Assembly: GCA_964016885.1 (NCBI GenBank)
Contig: CAXHJY010000860.1
Span: 558,001-622,000 of the forward strand
Length of the DNA: 64,000 bases
Source: Eledone cirrhosa
Lineage: Eukaryota
Direction of reading: 5' to 3'
The translations under genes were made by a program, and so were the position numbers. Below the pieces are notes generated by a model. That model ran no database searches. It was given only the letters and a program-made list of their open reading frames with translations, and was not told the DNA's origin. Of this stretch, positions 59,898-64,000 are shown piece by piece. Position 1 is the stretch's first letter, and every line of letters begins with the position of its first letter.

Positions 59898-60015
59898 TAT
59901 TTCTTAGTTTTACAGCAGAGGGTCCCAAACGTTTTGGGGCCACTGCTCCCCACCACGGCCATGTAATACCCTCAGCGCGCCCCGACCCTATTTCCAGAGA
60001 GACCTCCCTACACAC

Positions 60016-60652
60016 AAATTGTAATGGTACCCGGCGTTGCACGGGATAAGGTATTTTGGAACGCGGGCCGCCAACAGAATTAATCGTGGAAAAACTGCAT
60101 GCCTGGACGATATGTAAAGAATATAAACCGAATACTCTGATGGCTGGATAATATTTAAGATTTTCCTCGATGAAGAAGGAAAAATGCAGGTTTTCACCTA
60201 ATGCGGGCTCTAGGGGACCAAGAAAATGAATTTTTTATGGGCATAATACGCCTTGAAATTTCGGGAAAATCGCCTACACGTAACGCCTCAAAAAAGCCCT
60301 AAAAAGCTGAAAAAAATGAAGATTTTCACCTAGGTCATAAAAAAGTTGGATTTTCTTTGCTCACAATATGAAGAAGGGACTGACTAATACATAGTTACAA
60401 TTTCAAGGAAATCGGTCTGACGTAACTAACGCCTAAAAAAAAAAAAAAAAAGCTAAAAAAAACAACAGTTTTTCAACTTATGCGGGCCCTAGGGTATCAA
60501 AAGTTGAATTTTTTTATGTGCATAACACTCTCTGAAATATAAGTAATACACATGTAAAGTTTGAAAAACATCGGTTGGGTACTTCTTGAGTTTTAGGGAT
60601 TTAAACTCAGACACACACACAGACAGACATCCTCAGTTTTACATATGTAGAT
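60016..60652 (+). mobile_element. Non-autonomous Helitron/Helentron-like (HINE/DINE-like) element
   Basis: 5' TACCCGGCGTTGCACGGG hairpin, internal repeated blocks, and 3' AAAGTTTG..ATCGG..CAGACAGAC..TATGTAGAT end. Confidence 0.6.
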
Positions 60653-60715
60653 ATTATATATATGTACTATGTATAAATAAATATTATATATTTTTTATTT
60701 TACTATATATATATA

Positions 60716-61124
60716 TAATTGTTTCTACTTTGGGCACACGGCCTGCAAATACCCAGTGCATTACTGGTACTTTATTTTATCGACCCTATAATAATTGTTT
60801 CTACTTTTGGCACACGGCCAGCAATGACCCAGTGCATTACTGGTACTTTATTTTATCGACCCTATAATAATTGTTTCTACTTTAGGCACAAGGCCAGCAA
60901 TAATCCCAGTGTATTACTGGTACTTTATTTTATCGACCCTATAATAATTGTTTCTACTTTAGGCACAAGGCCAGCAATAACCCAGTGCATTACTGGTACT
61001 TTATTTTATCGACCCCGTAAGGATGAAAGACAAAGTTAACATCGGCGGGATTTGAACTCAGAATGGCAAGGGCCGTAACTCTATGCGTCAAAGCATGGCG
61101 TCCGCCCCTCTACCGATACTGCCA
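60716..61124 (-). mobile_element. Octopus-type SINE with 4 tandem copies of its 3' segment
   Basis: ATAATTGTTTCTACTTT..GGCAC..ATCGACCC four times, then the head with A/B boxes. Confidence 0.88.
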
Positions 61125-61393
61125 ATGTATATATAATACTAGACCACCCGTAACCCGTTGGGCCACGTTCACTTCAAAACAATTTTTAAATAATTAAAAT
61201 ATACACAGACATGTATATAATGTGAATTGAAACTGGAAGGCATATATATATATATATATATACGTGTGTGTATGTATATATAAATGTGTGTGTTTGTATA
61301 CATACATATATATATATATATATATATCCAGCCAACCTCAACCGTTAAGGTTGTCTTTATGCGGGTATGTCAATATTTATAAAACAAATTTAT

Positions 61394-61457
61394 ATTTTAT
61401 CTGATGAAAGCGCACCAAAATTTGCCTTGGATGCCCTTGAAATATATATAATAAAAT
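61394..61457 (+). ncRNA. Type I hammerhead (family E) in pLTR remnant 61328-61592
   Basis: ATTTTAT-CTGATGA-AAGCGCACCAA..TTGGATGCCCTT-GAAA-TATATATA-ATAAAAT. Confidence 0.82.
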
Positions 61458-61609
61458 AATTATGGTTTTATAAATATAGTTTCCATTTATTAATATATTG
61501 AATATTTACTCCACCTAACTGTTGAGTGCTTTATATCAGTTATAAAAATCTTTAAGCTTTTTGAATCCCAACAAATTAAATATAACTTCTGCATATATAT
61601 ATATATATA

Positions 61610-62505
<896 letters not shown>

Positions 62506-62657
62506 TTTGTAATATGGTTGTTAGTGTTATATACATCCTTAGTAATTATTATCATATATTTTTATTATATATTTTTGTAATACTTCAGTGTATGTACACT
62601 CCGTATTCTTCGGAGCTTCCGGCTTGTATCTGCCGATATTACTTCTTGTTGTTTTAA

Positions 62658-62700
62658 TTGCCCTGATGAGTCCTTAATAGGACGAAACATTGTCGGCTAA
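62658..62700 (+). ncRNA. Minimal type I hammerhead ribozyme
   Basis: GCC-CTGATGA-GTCC TTAATA GGAC-GAAAC-ATT-GTC-GGC, then AATAAA. Confidence 0.88.
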
Positions 62701-62862
62701 TAAAGACTTTTGATGTATTGAAGGCTTCTTTGTTTTACTCTCTTAATATATATATATATATATATATATATGTCTGCGTGTGGGGGTGTATGGGTCTGTG
62801 GGTGTGTGATCTATGTGCACAGGTCATAGACAAACACATATATATATACAAAAACACCACCA

Positions 62863-62900
<38 letters not shown>

Positions 62901-63169
62901 ATTCTCCTTCTGTCTCCTCTCCCTCTCTCTATGTCTCTTTTTCAATCTACTCTCTTACAACCACTATCTCTTTCTGTCTATCTTCTCTCCGTCTCTATCT
63001 TCTTTTACTCTCTCTGTTTATGAAAGTACCCAGAAGACCGCATGTCTCGGGAAGCCCCGTGCTCCCATTTACGCGAAACTGTTTTATTTAATTTGTATTC
63101 ACATTTCAATACGCACCAGGGGCGGTAGCACGCACTTTGAGAACTTTGGTGTTAGAGGTTAGGTTACGT

Positions 63170-64000
63170 TGTATATTTGAGCAAGACACTTTATTTCACG
63201 TTGCTCCAGTCCACTGTGTCCTTGAGCAAGACACTTTATTTCACGTTGCTCCAGTCCACTGTGTCCTTGAGCAAGACACTTTATTTCATGTTGCTCCAGT
63301 CCACTGTGTCCTTGAGCAAGACACTTTATTTCATGTTGCTCCAGTCCACTGTCCTTGAGCAAGACACGTTATTTCACGTTGCTCCAGTCCACTGTGTCCT
63401 TGAGCAAGACACTTTATTTCATGTTGCTCCAGTCCACTGTGTCCTTGAGCAAGACACTTTATTTCATGTTGCTCCAGTCCACTGTGTCCTTGAGCAAGAC
63501 ACTTTATTTCATGTTGCTCCAGTCCACTGTGTCCTTGAACAAGACACCTTATTTCATGTTGCTCCAGTCCACTGTGTCCTTGAGCAAGACACTTTATTTC
63601 ACCTTGCTCCAGTCCACTGTGTCCTTGAGCAAGACACTTTATTTCATGTTGCTCCAGTCCACTGTGTCCTTGAGCAAGACACTTTATTTCATGTTGCTCC
63701 AGTCCACTGTGTCCTTGAGCAAGACACTTTATTTCATGTTGCTCCAGTCCACTGTGTCCTTGAGCAAGACACTTTATTTCATGTTGCTCCAGTCCACTGT
63801 ATACTTGAGCAAGACACTTTATTTCACGTTGCTCCAGTCCACTGTGTCCTTGAGCTAGACACTATATTTCATGTTGCTCCAGTACACTGTGTCCTTGAGC
63901 AAGACACTTTATTTCATGTTGCTCCAGTCCACTGTATACTTGAGCAAGACACTTTATTTCACGTTGCTCCAGTCCACTGTGTCCTTGAGCAAGACACTTT
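63170..64000 (+). repeat. 45-bp SINE-derived tandem array (about 18 copies, runs off the window)
   Basis: Unit TGTGTCCTTGAGCAAGACACTTTATTTCATGTTGCTCCAGTCCAC. Confidence 0.95.

Noticed and set aside
59914-59990. hAT-like terminus CAGCAGAGGGTCCCAAAC
   Set aside because: No matching second TIR or TSD found.
63137-64000. CRISPR-like array or repeat protein
   Set aside because: Head-to-tail near-identical 45-mers without unique spacers, no cas genes, SINE-derived.

Overview
Eukaryotic intergenic or intronic DNA, probably from an octopus (inferred from the SINE family and repeat landscape). Most of it is microsatellite or minisatellite ((TA)n, (CA)n, (TACA)n, (GGT)n), and nearly all ORFs in the supplied track are artefacts of these repeats. 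No host protein-coding gene could be supported. The non-repetitive islands are mostly mobile DNA: one decayed Penelope-like element (PLE; RT plus C-terminal GIY-YIG, inverted pseudo-LTRs, 41.3-43.4 kb), three more PLE endonuclease fragments, two RTE-type LINE 3' ends, many tRNA-derived SINEs, a Helitron-like element and a MITE. The main signal is about 14 canonical or near-canonical type I hammerhead ribozyme (HHR) motifs from several families. There is also a conserved non-canonical CAGAAGA-core variant in the pLTR of the main PLE, and a 486-nt retrozyme-like unit. Many short non-coding fold-back (palindromic) insertions sit in (TA)n, and their symmetry axes repeatedly fall on or next to the ribozyme. 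All structures were read by eye and none was tested computationally.
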